From Octopus sinensis (Eukaryota), in NCBI RefSeq assembly GCF_006345805.1, contig NC_043003.1, forward strand, positions 54,808,001 through 54,872,000: DNA of 64,000 nt. Direction: 5' to 3'. Shown here piece after piece: positions 51,944 through 64,000 of this stretch (position 1 is the stretch's first letter; each line of letters opens with the position of its first letter). A model generated the notes under the pieces. The model was not told the DNA's origin, ran no database searches, and worked only from the letters and a program-made list of their open reading frames with translations. Both the position numbers and the translations under genes were made by a program.

Positions 51944-53153
51944 CACACACATAGATACATATATATATTGAGCCAATGACTATTGAAAAGGTTGCCGGAC
52001 GCAACGAAAGTTTTAGAAAAAATAAATAAGTAAATGAGTGGAAACGAAACCGGTGGTAGTGTTAAATAATAAGGCACTAAAAGAGAATGACTCTTTCCAG
52101 ACACAACAAAATATGCTTCTACACACGAACTCACATGAAGAATCTTGCAAACCAAGTCCCTGATTATGGTTATGTATATAACTATAGAATATTCTCTCTC
52201 TCTCTATATATATATATATATGTATACATATATAAATATATACATATATAAACATAATATAAAAATAAATATATATTTATAAATTATATTTATTTTTGTA
52301 TAAAATATTATAATATGTTATAAAATATTATAATAATCCAAGTTTCTCGGGGCACTGGGCCACTTGGTGTTGAATAGGTATACTATTAAATTAGTATCTA
52401 ATTCTCTCACCCTTATTAATTAATTAAATACATATATAAACACATACACTTGTGTGTGACTGTCTGCACCTGTTTTGTGATTGTATTTGTCTCCTATCAA
52501 CGGTTGATAACCAATGATGGTATGCTTACGTTCCTGTTATCAAGCTGTTCGGTTATGAGAGACCGATAGAATAAGTAGTAAGCTTAGAAAATAAGTGTTG
52601 GTGTCGTTTGTTTGACCAAAACCATTCAAGGCTGTACTCAGGTTGGACGCAGTCAAAATGACCGCTCTCTATGTGTTATAGTTTTTTTATTGCTTGTTTT
52701 ATGTTAGCGTTCAAGAATAACGACAAATTTTAACTTCAGTTTTCGACCAATCCTGTGACAAAGAACCATCTATGTCTTAGTGCATAATTCATTATTGATG
52801 GAACATTTTACCGCCGATAATTATATCTCTCCTTAATATAAATATCAACCGAATTTCCAAATATGCAAGCAAACACAAAACACGCCGTTGGATACACAAC
52901 CTTATAGCCATATTTTCCGCTCAAGCAGATGGTAGCGAGCTGACAAAATCGCAAGCATGTCGGCCGAGATGCTTAGTAGCATTTCATCTGTCGTTTCGTT
53001 CTGAGTTCAAATTCCGCCGAGATTTACTTTACCTTTCATCCTTTCGTGGTCTATAAATTACGTAACAGTGAAACACTTTAACCGTATGGTGCTTTATTTT
53101 ACTGGAAAACAATACTCTTGCATTGCACAATTTAAATTTTTTCTTTTATATAT

Positions 53154-53442
53154 GTGGAGGCGCAATGGCCCAGTGGTTTGGGCAGCGGACTCGCGGTCGT
53201 AGGATCGCGGTTTCGATTCCCAGATCGGGCGCTGTGGGTGTTTATTGAGCGAAAACTTCTAAAGCTCCATGAGGCTCCGGCAGGGGTTGGTGGCGATCCC
53301 TGCTGTACTTTTTCGCCGCAACTTTCTCTCACTCTCACCCAGCGGGATGGCGTCATTTGAAGGCTAAAACAATGCGAAGTGCATTGCGACCAGAGATATG
53401 TAGCAACATCTGATAGCCTGGTCGGTCACGTGATCACGTGAT
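53154..53442 (+). mobile_element. tRNA-derived SINE, family B (copy at 61347-61653 -, partial copy at ~50903-51068 +)
   Basis: tRNA-like head GGAGGCGCAATGGCCCAGTGG...GGTTTCGATTCCC and a shared tail ctgatagcctggtcggtcacgtgatcacg. Confidence 0.85.
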
Positions 53443-53796
53443 ATGTGTGTGTTTGTGCGTTGATGTCTTTATGTCTGTGTCTGTGTGTCTTTGTGTACTC
53501 GCGTATATATAAATATACAAACGCATAAGCACAAGTGTATGTGTGTTTATCTTAAATCTTCCGACGCCTCTTGATCCCAAAATTCCTTTATAGATTTTTC
53601 CAACCTTGTAAATAATTTGCTTTACTTCAGGTATTTGCATTGTTATCAAATACGTAGACCTACATGTTTTCGTTGTAGTGGCACCACATAAATTCCTATT
53701 ATACTTCATGATGATTAGAAATTCTTTATGCTGTACTCAATGCATGTGGTATCAACCATCAACATCTACGCTTCATTATTTCTCCCCCTATAAAGT

Positions 53797-54005
53797 GGTG
53801 AGCTAGCAGAATCGTTAGCACGCTGGGCAAAATGCTTAGCGGTGTTTCGTCTGTTTTCACATTCTGAGCTCCAATTCCACCGAAGTCGACTTTAATTTAT
53901 TCCTTTCGAGGTCGATAAATTAAATACCAGTGAATCACTGAGGTCTATGTAATCAAGTCAACTAGTCTCCTCTCCCAAAATTTCAGGCATTGCGCCTTTT
54001 GTAGA
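53797..54005 (+). mobile_element. SINE-like repeat, family C (copies ~47600-47760, 47790-47975, 48060-48245, 50415-50600 minus; 52930-53075, 60958-61130 plus)
   Basis: Recurrent ggtgagct(g/a)gcagaatc...ttctgagttcaaattccgccgaggtcgactttgcctttcatcctttcg. Confidence 0.75.
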
Positions 54006-55753
54006 AATGATTATTTCTCTCTCAATATAAATATTTTAAAATCTCGAGTCACATAATTTCTCACAAATTATTCTTAATATTATATTTTGGAAAGTCTGTA
54101 AGCTGATTTTTTTAGGTAGCCTGTTTTGTCTAGATAACAGTTCACATATGAACGCATATTTTACTAGTGAGGCATGTTTAATTATCATATGAATCACCAA
54201 CCTGTGTAATTTCCGTGCATAAAATCATTCCCATTGCATGAATTCTTTTCTTAAATGCTTCATTACATTTATATTCTGTAACCTGTAAAAAGGTAACACA
54301 AGGACCTTCCAAGCTGTAACACTAAGACATTTTTAAGTCGGTAAAAACCATTACGAATGACTATCTGCTGTTGTATAATATTTTTGAATAAAATGTATGT
54401 CTATTATAACCTCGTGATTGTTGGAGCCCGCATATCTTTTATATTTACGATGCAGTCCATATTCTAATTAGGTTAACCAAATGTAACCAAATCAAATTAT
54501 CGCTGCTCAGGAATGTATACACGTCTTTTATAACATCATATGGCATCGAAATCACCTCATCGGCATTCTACACTTCAGGGAGCTGCTTAGTATTTCATAT
54601 ATTACAAAAGAACATTAAGAATGCTCGTGGAGCCGACTCCTTATATTCTTTTCCATTTCTCCAGCAATTCTATGAAATCTTAAATTCTTTACACTTTTAA
54701 ATGCTCGCCGTGACTTCTTATTTCTTCAATAGGTATTTCATGTTCAACTAATTGCAACTTCTCTTGTGATTCAGAAATTATCAGAGCATTTCTTCTTTAA
54801 ACAACTTGTCCATATCGGTATAAAACGTTTTTTTTCCGTATCTTATTCGTTTGCATCAAATTTTATTTGTTACCGTCAATACTGAGCCCATGTAGTCTTT
54901 TTTTTATACCTTTACCTTGCCTGTAATCACATTTTTTTTTATTTCATAAACTCTTCAGATACCCCGATTGTTTTCTACATTGAGCAAGTTATAATGATTC
55001 ATCAGCTTTCTCTTCTAAGCATCTGTTATTATTTTCTTGACCACATTTTCCCCCTCTCTGAAAGGCACCAGTATTTAACTGTTTCCATATTAAGATTCAC
55101 CTTCTAACATCTCCAACTTTCAAAATTCGTTTTTGTACATTTCGTGCCTCAATATTTTCATGTTTCATATAAATTCCTCTTTCTTTCTCTTCTTTCTACT
55201 TTTGTTCTGCCCAAAGGACCTTGAGCTATATTCTAACATGCTTCCTTTAAAGACTTCCATACGTCATTGATGTCAAACTTTTCATCCATGGATTGAAGCT
55301 CAACAAATCGATTGTAACCCAATATTGCAAATTCATTTTAAATTCTATTACATTTCGTCCTCTATGCCTCAAATATTGCTTTCTATTACACGCATGCACT
55401 CGAAAACTCCCACGCTCACATGCATACACGCGCGCGCGCTCACACACACATGCACATACACACTTATACGTACACACACACACGTGTCAAGACATACATA
55501 ATTAGAAGAGAGTGTAAATCTAAGAGATATCGTGAACATATTTAACAATTTCAGATTGCAACCTTCATTGGTAGATTCCCATGTATAACATTTCATCAGC
55601 GGCAAAATGCCTGTGTATTCACTGAAACAGAAAAATATTCATAAATGTTAATAAGAAAAAGATCGCACGCATACATACCATGCACACACATACATACCTA
55701 CGAACGTACGTACTTACATACATGCATACATACATAAGATAGATTGCTGGATG

Positions 55754-55838
<85 letters not shown>

Positions 55839-56399
55839 GTAGATGGATGGATGGATGGATGGATGGATAGAGCTGACGAATAGCAAACAACGCATGAGAC
55901 ATGTTCAAATAATGTCTATATTTGCAGTGTACGAAGAGAATGTGAAGTGCAATTAATTCTGTTTATTTTTCTCTGCATAGACATTTAAAACTGCGGTCTT
56001 AATACATCAAAATATTTTTGATTTTCTAATACAAGTTATTTGCGCACATACTTTACTAAACATTAATCAGTCTACCGTCTAATGCACCATAGGCAATTTA
56101 GCGAGATACTAATTTGTATTTGTACATTCATGCGTGAGGAGAGGATAAATTGCGGTGTGTTTCTAGTTAAGTTGTTTATCTTATAACTTGTATTTTAGGA
56201 TATTTGGAAGCAAAACAGTTTTTTTTTTAACAGAGTATTTCTTTGCATCTAGTTGTTTTGCACAGGGCTTATTTTGTTATTGGCGATAGTGTTAGTGCAA
56301 GGTGGTGGTGCAGTGTGGATGTACTTTAAGCAGTTATGATGGTGAATACCGTGTGATTGCGTGATTGTATTTATTTTGATCGTCCTGTGATGTGTTGGA

Positions 56400-56760
56400 G
56401 TGAATCATGGATTCGAAGAGGGATAGGGCAGTGGATTGGAAAATGATCCGAGTTAACCTGGTTGGAGTTATAAGTTAAGTTAATTTTTTGGCTCAAAAAG
56501 CAAAAAGCAAGGCCATGTAAGGGGACATGAAGTTATGTACAGGGAAGGTGTTCATGCGAAGAGTTCAGGCCATTTGTGGTCAAGAGAGACTTTGAACCGA
56601 GCGGTCGTCGGCATCTTCACTATCTCGTCTGGCAGCTTATTCCACGGATCCGCAACCCGGACGGAGAAAGCCCCCTCTCCTTCGATTGAGATGAAATCGT
56701 CGCAAATAGAGCTTTTCGGAGTGATGTGGTGGTTATTGGGATGTACTGATCTGGTCATAT
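56400..56760 (-). mobile_element. 3' end of a CR1-type LINE
   Basis: AFSVRVADPWNKLPDEIVKMPTTARFKVSLD is a typical CR1 ORF2 C-terminus, followed by a short TTAAC-like tail. Confidence 0.75.
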
Positions 56761-59049
56761 TTTATTATAATTTTTTATTGAGTACATACATAATTTTACG
56801 TACTGTATGCACATGGAAAGAACTCTAGCATTATAAGCAACATGAAAGAAGCTCGAAAGACACCTGTGGAAAAGGTAAAATAGACATATACGACGAACTG
56901 CAATTACATATAAACAACGATATAATTTTTAATATAGATAGTATTTGTTATTAAATACAATATAGTAAATACCATTATTTTATGTGCATGCAAATATGTG
57001 TGTGTAGTGAAAAAGTAAGCCCTTATCATTCACATTATTGTCACCCTTTGGATGCAAACAGGACAGTAGCGCAATGTTTGTTTATATATAACGTGCAGGT
57101 ATATAATCAAATGTTGTTGCATACAAAATATAATTGAAGGAAGGCAAGCCGATATGTAGATATTCAACAGCAATGTAATATTTGTATTACATGTATTGAA
57201 AAGAAAAATATTAAAAGTATATCGAACTTTCTTAAAATAATGTAATATTGATTCGAAGTAAAACGTTGGCAAAGCATGAAACGGTTGAAAATATAAAATT
57301 GACTGGAGACAGCTATCATATGAATTATTGCAAAGCATTTGTTAACAGAAAGTACCTTTAATATTTAAAAAAAAACCCAAAAATAATGATGAATAAATGA
57401 CGAAGAAATAATGAAGAAAAAACAGGCAATGGAACATATGTTATAATATTAAGAACGATTCCAACTAAAGAAAAGCTTTCAACATAAAACGTTATCAGCA
57501 CCTAAAACAAGCTTAAAGCAAAATATTATTAGTATTAAAGAAGTAGGAAAAAAACACACACTATCAAAGATAATATATGTTAAAGAAAAAACAATAGAAA
57601 AAGTTAAATGCTATAGTGCCACACACAAATAACAAATGAAAATGTACGGATATTCGACTGTAGGGAAATTCGTCTGAGAGACTATTCGTGTTCGTGTAAT
57701 CCAGTCGTGTACATCTCCGCCCTGGGACAATATAATTTGATAAAAAATGTGAATTTTTAATTATTTTCTGAGATTTTACAAAAACAACAAAAATATTACT
57801 GGGTGCTATATTACTACCAGTTCAAATATGCTTCTGGTACGTTTTGAGTAATAAGTAAACCCTTCACTGTGTTTTGTTATGGAGAAAAATTTCTCGCTGT
57901 TGACAATAGTGTAAATACACCGAGATCAGTTCGCAGTGCCATCTTTCCAAAATGTGAGATGCGGCATTTCGGAGTAGTTATCTCCTCTTTGGTCACAGAC
58001 ACTGGGCAGATGGTGCTGTGAACTGATAAAAGTGCGTAATTCTCTTATACTATCTCACTCAGTTTCTTTATTAACCATGAGGTTGAGAAAAGATGGGAAG
58101 ATACGCGTCGTACGATAAAGGTTAACGCTATGCAGCGGCTCACCGTAACTATCTGTCTTACTCCCTCTCTCCCATTCTCAGTTTCTCTCTCTTTACTCGC
58201 TGGTAGTATATCGGTGATCCAGCATCCAACTCATTGGAAATCTCTCGTCAGCATGGCTATGGATCACTAACTACTATGTAAATCGAACATATCTGTGGGT
58301 ATCTTGAGTAATATATTTTACATGTGATTTTTGCACATATATATCAACATACCTGTTCCTCTTGCATGCATATATGTATATATGCATATGTGGTATATGT
58401 GCCGTTATGCATGTGCATGCATGCATATATATGAGTGTCAGGAGCGATTCTTGATGAGAAAAACTCATTCTGGTAACATAAGTATATGTGAAAAGTTACA
58501 TAGACTGAGTGAGAGACGACGTGACGTCATCTCATCAAGGGTGACGTTGCATGTTTATGTTCGTTTTTGTGTGGGTTGTGGAACGACATCAAAGTAGCTA
58601 TATCTAAGATGTAGAGAAGAGGATTAAATGATCAAATTGTGACAGGTAACATCTTAAAATGACTGCTGAAGCAGCATCAATTGACCAGATATATCTTTCT
58701 GCGTCTTGTATATCTAAAACGATGACATATCAAGTGGATATACTTACAGACTTTGCGATAACATTAAATGCCTTAATTGAAGCAATTCTAATGCCATACA
58801 CATACGCGATTACAAACTCACACATACATAAATAACAACATATACAAGGATTTAGAGATACGTTCATACGTACAACCACGTTTGCATATACACAAACATA
58901 TATGAGATATATATACCCATGCAAGTACTGTGCATCTACATAAAATCTAATTCCTTTGATACAATGCAAAACTAAGTAAACACAAATTTAAGTTTAGTAT
59001 TGGATTTTAAAATATATAAAGATGCAAACATGCAAACGCAATTACAAAC

Positions 59050-59947
59050 ACACACACACACACACATATTATATTGCTATATTTGTACAGACATATTCAC
59101 ATAGCCATATATACATACACGCGTGTATATGTGAATGCGTGTATCTATACATATTCATATGTACAAACAGACTAACATACAAATGCTTATATGTAATTTT
59201 CTTTCTGGTTTTACAGAGCGAATCCGCTAGTGGAGAACATCTCGGTATCTCGGGAAGCAAATCTACATCTGCATTCCAAACACTAAACAAAATCCTTCCA
59301 AACCAGCATACGAATAAGGAATTTAGACTCCCTTGCGCTCACATGAAAAGATACATGTGTATATCTATACATATACATACATACATACATACACATATAT
59401 ATATATATATACACATATATATATAATTATACAAACTCGCGAACACATGCACATAAACACACATACGCACACACATGCACACACACGCACACACTCACAC
59501 ACAACACACACACACACACACATATTATATTGCTATATTTGTACAGACATATTCACATAGCCATATATACATACACGCGTGTATATGTGAATGCGTGTAT
59601 CTATACATATTCATATGTACAAACAGACTAACATACAAATGCTTATATGTAATTTTCTTTCTGGTTTTACAGAGCGAATCCGCTAGTGGAGAACATCTCG
59701 GTATCTCGGGAAGCAAATCTACATCTGCATTCCAAACACTAAACAAAATCCTTCCAAACCAGCATACGAATAAGGAATTTAGACTCCCTTGCGCTCACAT
59801 GAAAAGATACATGTGTATATCTATACATATACATACATACATACACATATATATATATATATATACACATATATATATAATTATACAAACTCGCGAACAC
59901 ATGCACATAAACACACATACGCACACACATGCACACACACGCACACA

Positions 59948-59960
<13 letters not shown>
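59050..59960. repeat. Direct tandem duplication, 456-bp period
   Basis: The ORFs at 59069 and 59525 are identical; CA microsatellites lie at the junctions. Confidence 0.9.
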
Positions 59961-59983
<23 letters not shown>

Positions 59984-59984
59984 T

Positions 59985-60315
59985 AAGACGCATTCCAGAT
60001 GTTTTCTTACTTTTTCAAGAGAGACACATCTTAAATTCAATGAAGTACAAGAATTTTATCTCGTTCAAAGTAGGACCCTCTGACTTCAGTGCACCTGTTG
60101 TACGCTCCAGCCATTTTGTGTAGGCCCCACGGGTATCGCCGAAATTCAAGGCGTCCAGCACTCTTGTCACAACTTTTCTCAACTTTAAAGCGGCTGACCC
60201 TGATTGTCACACAGAACAAGTTCTGGATTCTAGAGAGGGTGAGTGAGGGTTTGATGCCCATCTCTGTCAAGTAGTTGGCCTTCAAGCCTCTCGTCACTGA
60301 ACACACAGGAAACAA
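59985..60315 (-). mobile_element. Mariner transposase C-terminal fragment
   Basis: Frameshifted EMGIK-TLTHPL*NPELVLCD (HPPYSPDLAPCD-like) and KWLER-YNRCTEVRGSYFERDK. Confidence 0.7.
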
Positions 60316-60672
60316 ATTTTACACAAATTTTATACAAAATTTTGTAAATGTCACACAAATTTTGCACAAATTTTAAACAAATTTTGTACAAATGTTACAG
60401 AAATTTTTCACAAGTTTTACACAAAATTTACACCCGGACCAGTGCGATTGAAAAGGAAATATTTTACTCCGCACCCATGCCAGGTACCTATTGTTACTAA
60501 GATTGAGTACCATTAAGAAAATTGGGATATATAAAGGCCGATGCAGAGGATTCAACCTGTCTTTAACATAGACGTTCAATTAATTTAGGTTTCATGTGAA
60601 TAAGATAATTAAAAAGGAACGAATGTATACAATTGCTGCACACATAAATCAATGTAACCTACAAAACTTCAA

Positions 60673-60704
<32 letters not shown>

Positions 60705-60727
60705 GTAGATAGATAAATAGATGGATC

Positions 60728-60807
<80 letters not shown>

Positions 60808-61704
60808 CATAGGTTGGTGGGTAGATAGATAGATATTAAGGTAGTCAGGATTTAGATAAAATTTAGTGGTGAAACAATAAAAGAGAAGAAGGCGCTACAT
60901 AGTGCATATTGTAATCCTGTCTACCTGGTTTTTGCTAATATATAAAAGCTTTAGGGTAGTGAGCTGGCAGAATCCTTAGCACTCCGGGCGAAATACTTAG
61001 CAGTATTTCATTTGCCGTTACGTTCTGAGATTAAATTCCGCCAAGGTCGATTTTGCCTTTCAACCTTTCGGGGTAGATTAAATAAATATCTCTTATGCAC
61101 TGGAGTCGGTATAATCGACTTAATCCCTTTTTTTGTTCTCGTTTGTCCCCTGTGGGAAATAAAGAAATAAATATATAAATCTTTTACACTAATTAAGAAA
61201 AAGAAATACATTCATAGACCGGATTCGGTACTTGCGATACTAGGGGACCCTACCAATAGTTGATTTCTTCAATGTTATCAAACCTGGCGCCGTACAAGTT
61301 GACGGTTGTTATGAATCCTCATATCAAATCATACATATGCATGTATATCACGTGATCACGTGACCGACCAGACCATTAGATGTTGTTACACATCGCTGGT
61401 CACCATGCGTTCGCATTGTTTTAGCCTTCGAATGACGCCACCCCGCTGGCTAAGCGAGCAGGCCAACAGAAGAAAGAGTGAGAGAAAGAGCGGGGAAGGA
61501 GTACAGCAGGGATCACCACCCCTTGCCGGAGTATCGTGGAGCTTTTAGGTGTTTTCGCTCAATAAACACACACAACGCCCGGTCTGGGAATCGAAACCGC
61601 GATCCTACGACCGCGAATCCGTTGCCCTAACCACTGGGACATTGCGCCTCCACATGTATGTATATATATAATATATATATATATATAATATATATATATG
61701 TGTG

Positions 61705-61742
<38 letters not shown>

Positions 61743-62276
61743 TGCTTGTGTGTGTGTGTGTGTGTTTGTGTGTGTGTGTCTGTGTAGCTAATATAGGATA
61801 AAAGTTTTCGAAAAAAATTCTAACGCCAAATATGGCGAAAATAGAAAAATCGTCGATAACCAAATAATTTATAATGATAAGCACGCGTCTCGAAGTAAGC
61901 CGACCGAAATTTCTAAAAATTCCGTTATTATCGTATCGGTCCCAATTTAAGAGTTAATTCATAAGAATTTTCTCCTCGTCAGTGATAAATATGGCATATT
62001 TGGCATTATAATTTTTTCTTTTCCCTTTGTTTATAAGTTGTTTATAAATTTAATCTTTAAAAGTATTTTTTATATGCTGGCCATTGATAGAATTTCTTTC
62101 GAAAAATGTTGTCCTATATTACATGTAAATTAATATATATATATATATATATACATATATACATATATAATATATATATATATATATTACATATATATTA
62201 TATATATATATACATATATATATATATAAATATATATATATATTACATATATATAATATATATATACATATTAATA

Positions 62277-62307
<31 letters not shown>

Positions 62308-62330
62308 TATACATATATATATATATATAC

Positions 62331-63835
62331 TTTGATACTTGATACTTTGATAGGTTTCGGCCATTATTGGCCCAGGCCATGTCTAACTTAATAGCACCAC
62401 CTGGTGAAGTCTTTCAAGTCAGAATTTGGGCACTATGGCCCACTCAAGTAGAGAGTTATTGTTTACAGAGACATATCCAGGTGTAGGGGGTTTATCCGGG
62501 ATTTCTTGAAGGAATCTGTCCAAAGACTTCTTGAACCCTATAGGGTCAGTTTCTGTTTTAATGTGTTTTGTGTAATGTTAAAGAGAGCGGGGCCAATTGA
62601 GGTGAAATAATTGTGCCGTATTGTTGTTATGAGATGAGAGTGCGATTTTTGTTTGGGCGGATGGCACGGGGCCCAAGCCTTGGATGTACCTTAAAGGTGA
62701 TGCCACATCATTTGGGCAATGCTGATGGAATATTTTCCACATCATGCAGATGATGTAGCGCTCACGACGACGTTGGAGAGAATAGAGTTTTAGCTTTTCT
62801 AGCCGACCCCAATAGTCGAGGCCTGTCATGCCATCTATCTTTTTTGTGATTGCCCTTTGAGGTGCTTCAACTTTTATGATACCTTGTATTGTGTGGGGAG
62901 ACCACAGTGGACAACAGTATTCAAGGTGGGGTCGGGCAAAAGTGGAGAAGAGAAGGATAATGGTGTGGATATCTCTCGACTGGAAAGTTCTGAGAATCCA
63001 GGAACACATTCTGCGGGCCATGTCAACTTTGGTGTTTATATGAGTGGCCCAGCTTACGTTGTTGTCCACAATTACTCCCAAGTCTCTGATGTTGTTGGAC
63101 GCCGCGAGAGTTTCACCTGAAGGAAGGGAGTATGGGAGTTTCAGGGCATCCTCTTTTCCAAAGTGGATTAGCTCAAATTTATCCTCGTTCAGCAGCATAT
63201 TGTTTTTTTCTGCCCATTGGATAACAGCCAGTAGATCTGACTGAAGGCATGTCCGGTCATCGCCTCATTTATGACCTTCTGTAGCTTGGAGTCATCTGCA
63301 AAGATTTTTATGTTGCTGTGCTTGATGATGTCATAATGTCATTAATGTAAATGATGAAAAGAAGTGGGCCCAGCACAGTGCCTTGCGGAACGCCACTACT
63401 GACTTTGGCTGGGCTTGATTTTACACCCTTCAACTACAACATGTTGAGATCTGTCTGTCAGGAAACACTCAATCCATTTCAGTAACTTTCCAGAGACACC
63501 AATGTTGGATAGTTTTTTCAATAGGATCTTGTGATCGACCCTGTCGAAGGCCCTACTGAAATCAAGGTAGATGACATCGGTGTTGGAGCCCTCTCCCAAA
63601 GCTCTCAAAATGTCCTCAAAGTGATGCAGGAGCTGCGTTAGGCAGTCCCTTCCATTACGGAACCCATGTTGGTTGGAGATCAGCCGTCTGTTGCTTTCCA
63701 GAAATTGGGTTATTCGAGATCTCACCACCCTCTCAAATACCTTGATGATATGAGAGGTGAGTGAGATCGGGCGGTAATTCACTGCAAGGGACTTGTTTCC
63801 CTTTTTGAAAACTGGGACAACAGACTGGGACAGAA
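62331..63835 (-). mobile_element. 5'-truncated CR1/L2-group LINE: RT domain to 3' tail, frameshifted
   Basis: [78 protein letters not shown], followed by a TATCAAAG-type tail. Confidence 0.93.
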
Positions 63836-63845
63836 GGTTTATATA

Positions 63846-63899
<54 letters not shown>

Positions 63900-64000
63900 T
63901 GTATATGTATATATGGATATATGTATGTATTTGTGTGTATATATATATATATATGTGTGTGTGTGTATGTATATATATATAGTATATGTATATATATATA

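Noticed and set aside
54500-55260. Possible decayed LINE ORF2 linker (minus strand); also a weak RTE-like stretch at 51570-51870
   Set aside because: Only compositional or weak motif similarity.
58150-58250. Minus-strand CCATG-CTGACGA resembling the 18713 HHR
   Set aside because: No helix II closing onto a GAAA.

Overview
AT-rich, microsatellite-saturated animal genomic DNA, most likely an octopus (inferred from the SINE families and repeat landscape; no database search was run). No host protein-coding exon can be supported, and almost all ORF-track entries are microsatellite translations. Mobile-element content: a decayed Gypsy LTR retrotransposon end, Penelope-like element (PLE) fragments (Neptune-type RT+GIY-YIG; Naiad-type GIY-YIG), CR1/L2-group, RTE and R4-like LINE fragments, mariner fragments, MITEs/fold-backs, a Helitron-like repeat and many tRNA-derived SINEs. 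The main signal is a 4.7-kb array at 7636-12324 of ten near-identical ~474-bp non-coding units. Each unit carries a type I hammerhead ribozyme (HHR) fold. Seven units lie on the minus strand and three on the plus strand, diverging from a fold-back junction near 10886, and both array ends abut (TA)n. At least five other unrelated small elements also carry intact or near-intact type I HHRs with palindromic helix III (18713, 31315, 34143/35347, 40139/40618, 49590), most lying between or next to (TA)n tracts, plus several decayed ones. This suggests a retrozyme/PLE-pLTR-like system of self-cleaving non-autonomous retroelements. Scattered single-base indels between repeat copies look like long-read errors, so copy numbers and some duplications need read-level confirmation.
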